DNA from: Dehalococcoidia bacterium
GTDB lineage: Bacteria > Chloroflexota > Dehalococcoidia > Lucifugimonadales > UBA3495
Direction of reading: 5' to 3'
DNA: 64,000 nucleotides
Assembly: GCA_030740155.1 (NCBI GenBank)
Contig: JASLXV010000069.1
Coordinates: forward strand, 32,001-96,000
Below the pieces are notes generated by a model. The model saw only the letters and a program-made list of their open reading frames with translations, did not search any database and had not been told where the DNA came from. The position numbers and the translations under genes were made by a program. Shown here piece by piece: positions 38,695 through 49,723 of the stretch (positions within the stretch are counted from its first letter, which is position 1; the number at the start of each line of letters is the position of its first letter).

Positions 38695-40188
38695 CTAGCT
38701 CCCCTCGCTCAGAATACCGGCGACCCGCTCCTCCATCTCCCGGCGTCCCGCCGCCTGTCTTTCTCTTTTGCTCCGAATGCTTTGCGCCGCCTCCGCCAGC
38801 AAGCCACGGCACTCCTCCAACATGCGCCGCACTTCTTGCGGAGAGGTGGAGCCCGGTGTGACCTTCAGGCTGACGCAGTGGGCGATGTCCAGGGTCTGCT
38901 CCACTTCCTCTTGAGGCAACTGAACGGAGACCCCCGTCCGGTCCATGATTGCCGAGTCCAGGTCCTCGGCCCGTAGCCCCAGAATGTTCAGCCCGCGCTC
39001 TTCCAGCCGGTTGAGGGCTATCGCCACCACCTGGTGCGCGGCCCGGTAGGAGATTTCGGCATGCCGCATGACCAGGGCGATAAAGGCGGTCGCCTGGTCC
39101 CCCTGCTGGGAAGACAGCAGGTTCATGCGCTCCCGGTTGGCCGTCAGAGAGCGGATGGTCCCGGTCATGATGCGAAAAGTGTCCCGGAACTCCTCGGCGG
39201 TGCTCCATAGCTCCCGGAGCAACTCGGTACCCACGAAGGGCTCGTCCGACGTGGTCTTGCACATGGCCAGGGCCCCGGTGAGACGTCCCAACAGCAGCCC
39301 CCCGCTGGTGGCGGCGACTATCCCTGGGGAATACGGTATCTTGGTCTGGACGGCGACGCTGCTGGATATGGAGTACTCCGGCCCCAGGGTGACCAGGTCG
39401 AACTCCTTGGTGGATAGGACCCTCAGGTCCTGGGCCAGGCGCGCCACGATATTTCCGGCCAGGGTTTCGGCCCAGAAGGTCATTAGCAGGTAGTCGAAAT
39501 TGCGGATGCTGTCCCTCGCGTGGGCCGCCACCCGGTCAAACCCAAGCAGCCGGGCCTCCAAATCCAGGTCCACCGGGAAGTAGGAGCCGGACCCCACTTC
39601 GGCCGCGGAGGCGTTCTCGTTGGTATGGCGGTAGGCCATCTCGAATGCCTCACCACTCCGCTGCAACGCGTACACGAAAGAGAGGAGGTAGTACCCGAAG
39701 GTCCAGGGCTCCGAGGAGTGAAGGTAGGCGTAACCGGGCATCACCGCGCCGGCATACTCTTCCGCCCGCTCCAACAGGGCCTCCTGAAGGGCCGACAGGT
39801 CCTCCATCTGGTCCAACAGAATACTCCGGGTGACGATACGGCTGGCCACGGAGCGGTTGGTTGGACTGGAGCGGCCGATGTGAATCCAGCCGCTGAGCTG
39901 TTCGCCCAGCTTCTCCTGGAGGTAGTTTTCGCCCGAGTGCACCCCTCCCAGCCGCAGGCGGCTACGGGCCTCGTATACCCCCTCCCGCTCCATGTCCTTG
40001 AACCCCCCAAGCAGGGCCCGGGCAACGTCCTGGGTGACTAGCCCCGACTCTTTGAGGGCCACCACGTGGGCCACGTCGTACCAGTGCATGGCCTCGAAGA
40101 AGTCCCGCCGGTTCAGCGCCTCGACATAGTAGTGTTGAAGCAGGGGATCGGGATCACTTCCGGTGCGGGTCTTGTGGAAGAATGCCAT
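38695..40188 (-). CDS. Fumarase/aspartase-superfamily lyase, argininosuccinate-lyase-like, with divergent active site
   Basis: D.AH, HIGRS, MPGY, RLAQDL and SYRAAHQVV give the ArgH architecture, but the signature motifs are altered. Confidence 0.85.
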   Translation of the reverse strand: MAFFHKTRTGSDPDPLLQHYYVEALNRRDFFEAMHWYDVAHVVALKESGLVTQDVARALLGGFKDMEREGVYEARSRLRLGGVHSGENYLQEKLGEQLSGWIHIGRSSPTNRSVASRIVTRSILLDQMEDLSALQEALLERAEEYAGAVMPGYAYLHSSEPWTFGYYLLSFVYALQRSGEAFEMAYRHTNENASAAEVGSGSYFPVDLDLEARLLGFDRVAAHARDSIRNFDYLLMTFWAETLAGNIVARLAQDLRVLSTKEFDLVTLGPEYSISSSVAVQTKIPYSPGIVAATSGGLLLGRLTGALAMCKTTSDEPFVGTELLRELWSTAEEFRDTFRIMTGTIRSLTANRERMNLLSSQQGDQATAFIALVMRHAEISYRAAHQVVAIALNRLEERGLNILGLRAEDLDSAIMDRTGVSVQLPQEEVEQTLDIAHCVSLKVTPGSTSPQEVRRMLEECRGLLAEAAQSIRSKRERQAAGRREMEERVAGILSEGS

Positions 40189-40218
40189 AGTCTACCTCTT
40201 CTTGTATTGCCGGGGAGA

Positions 40219-40526
40219 TCAGCGGTCAGTAGTCAGCTATCAGCAGTCAGCCTCTTGTGCTTGAGAAGAGGCCAAGTCTCGACCTCCATTGGGGCTTGCT
40301 ATACGACAATTTCTTATCGGTGGATCGAACCCAGCGCCATCGGGTCTCCCTTCCCCACGATCGTCTTTCCGGCGAAGGCCGGAATCCAGAGATGTCTCAA
40401 CTGGTTCCTGGCCTTCGCCGGGATGACGGGTCGGCTATCAACCATTTGCGGGACTCTAGACTAGAATCTTGTGCCTTTATGGCAGGGGGTACGGAGCCCA
40501 AAGCTGATGGCTGATAGCTGACGGCT
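40219..40526. repeat. Heptamer arms enclosing a TTCCGGCGAAGGCCGGAATCCAG palindrome pair
   Basis: TCAGCGGTCAGTAGTCAGCTATCAGCAGTCAGCC ... GCTGATGGCTGATAGCTGACGGCT; inner pair at 40362-40428. Confidence 0.85.
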
Positions 40527-42173
40527 CTAGAACGCCCTCCGGTGGGAAAACTCCGTCTCAGCGGAGGTGATGAACTCCAGCAGCACCGCCCGGCCATCTT
40601 GCTCCGTCACCTTTCGGGCCCGCTGAAATGCCGGAATGATCTCAGCCGGGTCCTCCACCCGTTCGGCGTAGCCACCCATGGCCCGGCCCAGATCGGCGTA
40701 GTTCCCGCCCAGGTCGCGGGATTTGTACCGCTCATGAGAAGCAGCCATGTGAGGGATTTCAATAGCCATGGTGGAGTTGTTTAGCACCACGGTGATAATG
40801 GGAATCTCGCTCCGCACGGCGGTCTCGAAATCCAAGCCGGTCATCCCAAAGGCGGCGTCACCCATGAAATTGATGCACACCTTTTCAGGCTTGGCCAGCT
40901 TGGCGCCGATGGTCAGCCCCAGCCCGGTGCCCAGCCCGTGGGATTTCCCCCAGCCCAGGTAGGATCGGGGTCCATTGGAACGGTAGAAGGGCACGATCTG
41001 GTCCCTGGGGCTGCCCGAGTCGTGGGTTACGATGGCGTCCTCGGGCCGTATCGCCTGCATCAGGTCCCAGATCACCCTATAGGGATTGATCGGGGTGCTG
41101 GAACTGGTGAGCTTGCCGGTCCACAGGCCGAGCCACGAACCCCGCTCCGACTCGATCTCCGCCGCCACGGTCTCATCCGATTGACGGCTGTTGCCCACGA
41201 TATCCCGGCAGGCGTCGATCATCTGGCGCAGCACCAGCTTGGCGTCACCGACGATGGGGTGGTCGATGTTGTAGTCCTTGTTGATGTCACCCGGGTCGTT
41301 GGTGGCCTGAATCAGGGTCTTGCCGGGCGGGATATTCATGCACATTCCGTGCTTGGTGAAGCTGCAGCCAATGCCGAAAATGACGTCCGCCCGGCCCACG
41401 AATTTGTACACGGGGCCCGACATCACGCCGGAGCCGCTGCCCAGGGCCAGGGGATGGGTCTCCGGAAAGGCGCTCTTTCCCAGCAAGGTGGTCATCACCG
41501 GGGCCTTGAGCAGCTCAGCCAGCTCCACCAACTCTTCGCCGGCGCCGGCGTACAGCGACCCTTGGCCGGCGTGGATGACCGGGTGGCGGGCCTGGCAAAG
41601 GGCTTGGGCCGCCGCCTCCACGTCCCGAGGGTCTCCCTGGCTGGCGACCCGGCGGCTGGGCCGGTAATAGAAGGCCTCCTCGGCCACCTCTTCCAGGGCA
41701 ACGTCTATGGGGATTTCCACCGCCACCGGGCCGGGACGGCCCTGGCGCAGCGCGGCGAAGGCCCGCCGCAAGATTCCTGAGGTCCGATCCGGCATATTTA
41801 CCTGCTCGATGTACCTGGTCACCCCGGCGTAGGCCGCCAAGGAGCTGAAGTGAGGTTGGATGCCCTGCCACGACCTAGGGTGGCCGGTGGGCAATATCAA
41901 AATCGGGGTTGAATCGGAGTAGGCGGTGGCGACACCGGAGTAAGCATTCTCCGCGCCGGGCCCGTATTGGAAAGCGACCGCGCCCATGCGCTCGCCGTTG
42001 GTCACCCGGCTGAACCCATCGGCGATACCCACGCCGACCCGCTCCTGGCGGCAGATGATGGGGCGGATCCCGGCCACGGCGGCGCTCTCAAACACCGGCG
42101 TGGTGGGAAAGCCACAGAGGTATTCCACCCCTTCCCGTTTCAGTATCTCGATGATAGTCTCTACGGTATTCAC
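40527..42173 (-). CDS. Thiamine pyrophosphate-requiring enzyme (acetolactate synthase large subunit-like)
   Basis: CRQERVG, QYGPGAEN, HDSGSPR, GDAAFGM...LNN. Confidence 0.9.
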   Translation of the reverse strand: MNTVETIIEILKREGVEYLCGFPTTPVFESAAVAGIRPIICRQERVGVGIADGFSRVTNGERMGAVAFQYGPGAENAYSGVATAYSDSTPILILPTGHPRSWQGIQPHFSSLAAYAGVTRYIEQVNMPDRTSGILRRAFAALRQGRPGPVAVEIPIDVALEEVAEEAFYYRPSRRVASQGDPRDVEAAAQALCQARHPVIHAGQGSLYAGAGEELVELAELLKAPVMTTLLGKSAFPETHPLALGSGSGVMSGPVYKFVGRADVIFGIGCSFTKHGMCMNIPPGKTLIQATNDPGDINKDYNIDHPIVGDAKLVLRQMIDACRDIVGNSRQSDETVAAEIESERGSWLGLWTGKLTSSSTPINPYRVIWDLMQAIRPEDAIVTHDSGSPRDQIVPFYRSNGPRSYLGWGKSHGLGTGLGLTIGAKLAKPEKVCINFMGDAAFGMTGLDFETAVRSEIPIITVVLNNSTMAIEIPHMAASHERYKSRDLGGNYADLGRAMGGYAERVEDPAEIIPAFQRARKVTEQDGRAVLLEFITSAETEFSHRRAF

Positions 42174-42303
42174 CGGTTTACCTCCTCAGCGGCGAGTACT
42201 CTGTCCCAGTAAGAGTGAATAATGTCATTCCGGCCGCAGGGACGACTCATGAGGATGGAGGGAGCGGCCCCATTCCATCCTGCGACATCCCTCCCCAAGA
42301 AAT

Positions 42304-42523
42304 CGTCCTTCCGGCGAATGCCGGAATCCAGAATCGCGCCAACTGGATCCCGGCCTCCGCCGGGATGACGGGGCGGGTATCGCCCCAGCTACGAGTCGCC
42401 GTGGTTTTCAGTCAGCTCAACTGTCGATAATTATCTCCCCGAGCCCCTTGGCTCAGGATAAACTCCGCGAGGAATCTCGTCTTTGCGCTGAGATTCCTCG
42501 TTGCTCCGCTCCTCGTAATGACA
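42304..42523. repeat. Palindromic repeat cluster
   Basis: GTCCTTCCGGCGAATGCCGGAATCCAG...CTGGATCCCGGCCTCCGCCGGGATGAC (42304-42370) and CGAGGAATCTC...GAGATTCCTCG...AATGACA (about 42468-42523). Confidence 0.82.
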
Positions 42524-42617
42524 TCCTGGAAGCATCAAGGCGGCTGAGTACTGGATTTCCGCGTTCGAGGGTGAGCGGCGGCCGCCCTCCAGAACTCTAC
42601 GGGAACTTCCCGGGGGC

Positions 42618-44189
42618 CTAATCGGGCTGGCCGTACTGGGCCCGCAGGTCCCGCTTCAGCACCTTGCCCATCACGTTCCGGGGAAGCTCGTCAATGAACA
42701 CCACCGACCGGGGACGCTTGTAGCTGGACAGCCGATCCTGACAGTGCCGCTCCAACTCCTCCTCGGTCACTCCCCCGGCGCGGACCACAACCACGGCGCG
42801 GATCTCCTCCCCCCACTCTTCATCCGGGACGCCGATGATCGCGGCGTCGGCAACCTGAGGGTGGGCCATGAGCACCTGCTCGACCTCCTCAGGGGACACC
42901 ATCTCTCCGCCCCGCTTGATGAAATCCTTGGCCCGGCCGGACAGGAAGATGTAGCTGTCCTCGTCTTGGTAGCCCAGGTCGCCGGTGTAAATCCAGCCGG
43001 AGCGAATGGCGTCCCGGGTGGCGGCCTCCTCGTGCCAATAGCCGGCCATCATGCGAGAACCGCGGGCGACGATCTCCCCAACGTCTCCCGCCGGCACGGT
43101 ATTGCCGTCCTCGTCGACTATTTGCACTTCCACGTCGTCCAGGGGCTTGCCGATGGACGTCAGCCGCCGCAGCTTCTTCTCGATCACTTCCGGGGTCCCG
43201 TCCAGGATATGGTCTTCGGGCGGCAGCATGGTGATGGTGGAAGCGGTCTCAGTCTGCCCAAAGGCGTTGATGAACCTGGCGCCGGGGAACTCCTGGATGG
43301 CCCGCCTGATCACCGACAAGGGCATCGACGCCGCGCCGTAGGTGATAACGTCCAGGGATGAGAGGTCGAATTCATGAAAGCGGGGGTGCTCCATCAGGTG
43401 CTTCAGCATGGTGGGGACCAGCATGGCCCGGTCGGCCCGGTATTCTTGGACCGCCGTCAACCACTCCACGGGCTCGAACTGGCGCATGAGTATCAAGCTC
43501 CGGCCGCCGTACACCGCCGCCAGGGAGGCTTGGAGCCCCGCGATGTGGTAGAGGGGCACGGAGAGCAGGTTGGTTTCCTCGGCCTCCGGGTCGGCGGGGG
43601 TGACCGTCGCCAGCAGATATGAGGAGAAGCTCTCGTGGGTGAGCATCACCCCCTTGGGCACGCCCGTGGTCCCGGCGGTAAACATAATAACCGTCGTGTC
43701 GCCGTCCTCCGCCTCCGGGAAGTGGACCTCGTCGTCGGAGGCGCCGGCCATCAACTCGTCCCAGCTCAGCATCCCCCCGGTGGCTCCTCCGTCCAGGACC
43801 ACCACCCGGTCCGGGGGAAGCCCCCCCTCGGCATCTCCGGTCCGGGGCAGCAACGATAGGTAGCGCTCCCCGAGAAACAGCATGCTCGGTTGGGCGATGG
43901 ACAGCATCCGCTCCAGCTCCTCGGTCTTGGCGCGGAAATTGATGGGCACGTATATTGCGTCCAGCTGGGCCGTGGCGAAGTATGCCTCGATGCCTTGGGT
44001 GCAGTTCACCTGCATCATGGCCACCCGGTCTCCGGGTCCGATCCCCCGGGCGGCCAGGGCGTTGGCCAGCCGGTTTACCCGCTCTTGGAGACCGGCGAAG
44101 GTCACCGCCTCGCCGTCGAAGTGGACCGCGGCACGGTCAGGAACTATGGCGCTGGCGATGGTCAAGAACTCCGTGGTGCGCATTGGCAT
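42618..44189 (-). CDS. Long-chain fatty-acid--CoA ligase family protein
   Basis: FTAGTTGVPKG, FGQTE, YTGDLG, GRAKDFIKRGGE, LPRNVMGKV. Confidence 0.93.
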   Translation of the reverse strand: MPMRTTEFLTIASAIVPDRAAVHFDGEAVTFAGLQERVNRLANALAARGIGPGDRVAMMQVNCTQGIEAYFATAQLDAIYVPINFRAKTEELERMLSIAQPSMLFLGERYLSLLPRTGDAEGGLPPDRVVVLDGGATGGMLSWDELMAGASDDEVHFPEAEDGDTTVIMFTAGTTGVPKGVMLTHESFSSYLLATVTPADPEAEETNLLSVPLYHIAGLQASLAAVYGGRSLILMRQFEPVEWLTAVQEYRADRAMLVPTMLKHLMEHPRFHEFDLSSLDVITYGAASMPLSVIRRAIQEFPGARFINAFGQTETASTITMLPPEDHILDGTPEVIEKKLRRLTSIGKPLDDVEVQIVDEDGNTVPAGDVGEIVARGSRMMAGYWHEEAATRDAIRSGWIYTGDLGYQDEDSYIFLSGRAKDFIKRGGEMVSPEEVEQVLMAHPQVADAAIIGVPDEEWGEEIRAVVVVRAGGVTEEELERHCQDRLSSYKRPRSVVFIDELPRNVMGKVLKRDLRAQYGQPD

Positions 44190-44507
44190 CCCCTCCGTGG
44201 ATCGTATTCAGCCGTTATCCAGGCAAGAGTTTTCAGGTGGACCCGGCACTCCTGCCCCAGAACAGTCATCTCATGTCTCCGGGCTAGGACCCGGGCCGCC
44301 GGCCTGGCCTCCGGACGCGTCCCCTCCTTGAGGGGCCCAAACCACCTGCGATCGCGCAACACTGAGTTGACCTAAAGCAACTATTTGAAGGTTTGTCGCA
44401 GGACCCGTTGAGACTTCCCTAGGAGTTTCGGACAGCCTCTTACCTGACTGCGGATTATCTTGAGTCGTAGCTGGCCTGTGTTTGCACTCACCTTGCTTCC
44501 ATGGTCA

Positions 44508-45092
44508 CTAATCTCCCGTCTGAATTGTCACCTGAGAAAGCGTGAGGGTCAACAGCGCTTCAACTTTTCCATCAGCCGGATCCATCATTGATTGGTACCG
44601 GCCAAACTCCCCGCTATCCGCCAGTGCGGTCGCGACCGTCAGTTGTTGTCCAGCCTCTTCATACTCGGACCACGATTGTTTCCAAGAATCCACGAGAGCT
44701 TTTTGAGCGTCCTGGTCATCACTGTAAAGTTGGGATATAACACGTTCACCTTCGCCGCTGTCAATCCAGAGCCCCCCGACCTTCCCGGCTCGGACCAAGA
44801 ACTGTGCTAGCGTAGCGACTTGCCTTCGGTAATCGGCGACGTCTACTCGGCCCGGCCAGCGTGATGCCGGCTCAACCTGCAAGGCGTCCACTGTTGCTCT
44901 CAGGTTGTCATAATGCAGTATTACCTGGCGGAACTCCAGCTCCACCCCCAGGGCTCCGGAGGGGAGCGCCACGTAATCGGTCAAAGGCATTATGGTCGGC
45001 TCCGGCGATGGAGTCGGCGGGGGAGTGGCTTCCGCGCAGGCCATACCACCGAAGAGGAGAGCCGCTACGACCGGTACCATACACAGTTTCAT
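44508..45092 (-). CDS. Hypothetical lipoprotein
   Basis: MKLCMVPVVAALLFGGMA-C signal with lipobox-like Cys, then a P/T-rich linker and a helical domain; start uncertain. Confidence 0.6.
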   Translation of the reverse strand: MKLCMVPVVAALLFGGMACAEATPPPTPSPEPTIMPLTDYVALPSGALGVELEFRQVILHYDNLRATVDALQVEPASRWPGRVDVADYRRQVATLAQFLVRAGKVGGLWIDSGEGERVISQLYSDDQDAQKALVDSWKQSWSEYEEAGQQLTVATALADSGEFGRYQSMMDPADGKVEALLTLTLSQVTIQTGD

Positions 45093-45158
45093 GATCGACG
45101 AACCTTCTAACCCCACTCCTCACCGGCCTGGTTTCGATACGATCCGCCTCACGGACGG

Positions 45159-45887
45159 TCATCCCCTGTCGCGGGCCAGGACCCGGGATGCGACCCTGGC
45201 CTCCAGACGCAACCCCTCCGGCAGGGGCACATCGCCGCCTCGCCGCAGGCAGGCCTTCGCCGCCTCCGCCAGGTCCGGGTCTAACCCGGCCAGGCGCCTG
45301 ACGATCCGCCAAGCCTCTCCCAGCAGGTCTTCCTCAGCCACCAACCGGGTCAGCAACCCCAGGCGCAACGCCTCCGCGGCATCGAACCGGCGGCCGGTCA
45401 GCAGCAGATACAGGGCGCCGGAGCGTCCCAGGCTTCTGGGCAGCGTCTGAGTTCCACCGGCCGCGGGTATCATCCCCAGGTGCACCTCCGGCATGGCGAA
45501 CACGGTGCCGGCGGCTCCGACCCGGATGTCGCCGAGCAGGACAATCTCGACGCCTGACCCGATGCAGTACCCGTGGGGCGCCACCACCACCGGTATCGGG
45601 AGGTGAAGCAGCTGGCCCCACACGTCCCGCTCCCAGCGGACCTGCCGGGCGATTGCCAGGGAAGGGGCCGTGCCGAACTCCGTCAGGTCGGCGCCGGCGC
45701 AGAAGGCCCGTCCCTCTCCGGTAATCAGCAACGCCCTCACCTCGGTATCATCCACCACGGCGGCCAGGGCCTCGGAGAAATCGTCCCGCATCTGGATGTT
45801 GTAGGCGTTGAGCACCTTGGGCCGGTTCAGGGAAATATGGGCCACGGCCCCGTCCTTGTCGTACAGCAGGGTATCAAATGCCGGCAT
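45159..45887 (-). CDS. Enoyl-CoA hydratase/isomerase family protein
   Basis: LNRPKVLNA, AFCAGADL, GSGVEI and MPEVHLG (both Glu present). Confidence 0.92.
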   Translation of the reverse strand: MPAFDTLLYDKDGAVAHISLNRPKVLNAYNIQMRDDFSEALAAVVDDTEVRALLITGEGRAFCAGADLTEFGTAPSLAIARQVRWERDVWGQLLHLPIPVVVAPHGYCIGSGVEIVLLGDIRVGAAGTVFAMPEVHLGMIPAAGGTQTLPRSLGRSGALYLLLTGRRFDAAEALRLGLLTRLVAEEDLLGEAWRIVRRLAGLDPDLAEAAKACLRRGGDVPLPEGLRLEARVASRVLARDRG

Positions 45888-45943
45888 GGTAACTCTCGAT
45901 TCTCTGCTATCAGCTGTCAGCCGTCAGCTGGCTTCTCACGCCC

Positions 45944-46480
45944 TCAGGGGCTGGCCCTTCGGTACAGCTCGTCCATCTCCAACTCGGTATAGCGCAACCC
46001 AATGTTCTCGAGGTTATGGGCGTCGCTTACCTGCAAGGGCAGCAAGTCGTGGGTCCGGGCGATCTCCGCCACCTCCGACTTCGGGATATGCCAGTTGTGA
46101 ATGTAGTTGTCGATCTCAATGGCGTGGATGTTGTCCTCGATGATGATCTCGGGAGTGTAGTAGCCGGGGTGGCAGTAGCTGCGAAACACGCCGCCACCGG
46201 GTAGGAAAAGCTCCGCTACCTGGTACTCGGCGAAGGGGTTCTCCGCGGGCCTGATCTCTATTTCCCAACCCGGAATGATGATGATCTGGCCCGGGTAGTG
46301 ACGCTCCACCAACTCCCGAAACTCGAGGGCCCATTCCTTGTTGTGGTGGTCGGTGATGGCAATGCCGTCGATGCCCTGCTTCTTGACCTGGCCGATGACC
46401 TTCTCCGCGATCTCTTTGCTGGGACTCTGAAAGTTGAACGCCTCCCAGATGTGGGTGTGCAGGTCCAGTTTGACTTTCAC
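45944..46480 (-). CDS. Small PHP-domain metallo-phosphoesterase
   Basis: DLHTH, AITDHH, GWEIE, CHPG, SDAH motifs. Confidence 0.88.
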   Translation of the reverse strand: MKVKLDLHTHIWEAFNFQSPSKEIAEKVIGQVKKQGIDGIAITDHHNKEWALEFRELVERHYPGQIIIIPGWEIEIRPAENPFAEYQVAELFLPGGGVFRSYCHPGYYTPEIIIEDNIHAIEIDNYIHNWHIPKSEVAEIARTHDLLPLQVSDAHNLENIGLRYTELEMDELYRRASP

Positions 46481-46589
46481 GCTTTTGCCGTCCGTTTATG
46501 ATAGCCGTCAGCCGTCAGCAACCAGCCTTCAGTCCTGGGCCGGCGCGGTAGCAAGCTGATCGCCGGCCGCTGATAGCTGATTGGGCGCG

Positions 46590-47363
46590 CTAACCGCCCC
46601 GAAATCCTGGCTCGCGCCGCTGCAAGAAGGATTGGATACCTTCAGCCCGGTCGGCGGTGCTTTGAAGCAGTATGTTCAGGTCCGCCTCCAACCGCAAACC
46701 TTGGGTAAGGGTCAGGTCCATCCCGGCCCCGATCGCTTCCTTGGCGTACCGGGCGGCGATCGGGGCGCCGGCCGCGACGGTTTCCGCTAGCAGGCGAGTC
46801 CGGGTCAGCAGTTCTTCCCCGGCCACGACTTCGCTCACCAGTCCCAGCGCCAGGGCCTGGGCCGCGTCGATGATGCGTCCGGTTAGGACCAGGTCCCGCG
46901 CCCAGGCGGGTCCCACCAAGCGGGGCAGCCGCTGGGTCCCTCCGTCCCAGGGAAAGGCGCCCTGGGCCAGATCGGTGAACCCGAAACTGGCGTCTGCCGA
47001 AGCGACCCGCAGGTCCGCGGCCAGGGCCAACTCCAAGCCATGGTCCAGGGCGTCTCCGTTGACGGCGGCAATCACCGGTATGGGCAGCCCTGCCAGGGCG
47101 GAGGCTACCTGCATCAAGCTCAGCCAGTCTTGCCGGGCTTCCGGAAACAGGTCCCCAGGCGCCGGTTCGCGGCCCACCGAGAAAACGCTGCCGGCGCCGG
47201 TGATGATGACCGATCGGATGCCCTCGTCTTCACCGATGGCCCGGCAGGCCTCGCGCAGCTCGGCGGCCAGGGGGCTGTCGATGCGGTTGCCACCCTCGGG
47301 CCGGGCCAGCGTCACCGTCGCCACCGGGCCATCGCGGCGGTAGTCCAAAAGATCGTATCGAAT
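46590..47363 (-). CDS. Enoyl-CoA hydratase/isomerase family protein (start uncertain)
   Basis: PVIAAVNG, GLELALAADLR, GGTQRLPRLVG. Homology begins near 47363. The ORF-track start at 47471 overlaps the groES promoter. Confidence 0.85.
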   Translation of the reverse strand: MRYDLLDYRRDGPVATVTLARPEGGNRIDSPLAAELREACRAIGEDEGIRSVIITGAGSVFSVGREPAPGDLFPEARQDWLSLMQVASALAGLPIPVIAAVNGDALDHGLELALAADLRVASADASFGFTDLAQGAFPWDGGTQRLPRLVGPAWARDLVLTGRIIDAAQALALGLVSEVVAGEELLTRTRLLAETVAAGAPIAARYAKEAIGAGMDLTLTQGLRLEADLNILLQSTADRAEGIQSFLQRREPGFRGG

Positions 47364-47464
47364 CTCGGCCTGCTTTCTGAATAATGTAGTTGCCGGCCAA
47401 TCCGTCCGGCCCACCACACCCACCTGGTGGGGCGCCGCTACAATAGTAGGGCTCAGGTCTTCTC

Positions 47465-47493
47465 TTGACAAGGGCCAACGGCTTGTTTAACAT
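47465..47493 (+). promoter_or_regulatory. Sigma70-type promoter of groESL
   Basis: TTGACA (47465-47470), 17 nt spacer, TAACAT (47488-47493). Confidence 0.85.
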
Positions 47494-47496
47494 GAT

Positions 47497-47523
47497 TTAG
47501 CGCTCTCAGACCGAGAGTGCTAA
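47497..47523 (+). promoter_or_regulatory. CIRCE element (HrcA operator)
   Basis: TTAGCGCTC-N9-GAGTGCTAA, one mismatch from TTAGCACTC-N9-GAGTGCTAA, directly upstream of groES. Confidence 0.95.
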
Positions 47524-47579
47524 TGCCATGGGATGCAAACTGGCCAACTGAATAGGCCAGACGTAGAAAGGAGGCAACG

Positions 47580-47909
47580 GTGGCAAACTTTACTCCGCTG
47601 GGCGAGCGGGTGGTCGTTCAGCCCATCGAGCTCGAGCAACAGACAAAAGGCGGAATTTTCTTGCCTGACACCGCCAAAGAGAAGCCCCAAGAAGGCAAAG
47701 TGGTCGCCGTGGGCCCGGGACGGGTTACCGACGATGGGACTCGAATTCCCATGGAACTCTCGAAAGGCGATCGTGTCATCTACTCCAAGTTCGCCGGAAC
47801 CGAATATAAGGACGGCGACGAAGAGTACCTCATCTTGCGTGAGAGCGATATTCTGGCCAAGATCGGGGCCGGGAAACCCCAGGCCAAGAAAGCCGCCCGC
47901 AAGAAGTAG
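47580..47909 (+). CDS. groES: Co-chaperonin GroES
   Basis: [43 protein letters not shown] start after AGGAGG. Confidence 0.97.
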   Translation: MANFTPLGERVVVQPIELEQQTKGGIFLPDTAKEKPQEGKVVAVGPGRVTDDGTRIPMELSKGDRVIYSKFAGTEYKDGDEEYLILRESDILAKIGAGKPQAKKAARKK

Positions 47910-47957
47910 TCTTGTAAACCCCATCAAACCGTTCCACGTCGAAATTGATAGTTGTAA

Positions 47958-49601
<1,644 letters not shown>

Positions 49602-49622
49602 TCCACTGGCTCAGGACCTTTT

Positions 49623-49662
49623 GTAAAGGCGCCCCCGATTGGGTGGGGCGCCTTTACTTTTT
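49623..49662 (+). terminator. Rho-independent terminator of groESL
   Basis: GTAAAGGCGCCCC...GGGGCGCCTTTAC stem followed by a T run. Confidence 0.88.
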
Positions 49663-49723
49663 GGGGAGGGACGCCGGCCTTAGAGGGTGGCCGGGAGAGG
49701 CCCTTCCCTCCGTTCTGGAACCG

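Noticed and set aside
38695..40188. Assigning the symbol argH
   Set aside because: Catalytic signature residues are replaced and there is no arginine-biosynthesis context.
44426..44439. TTTCGGACAGCCTC, reminiscent of an IS terminal repeat
   Set aside because: Single short match with no partner end or transposase.
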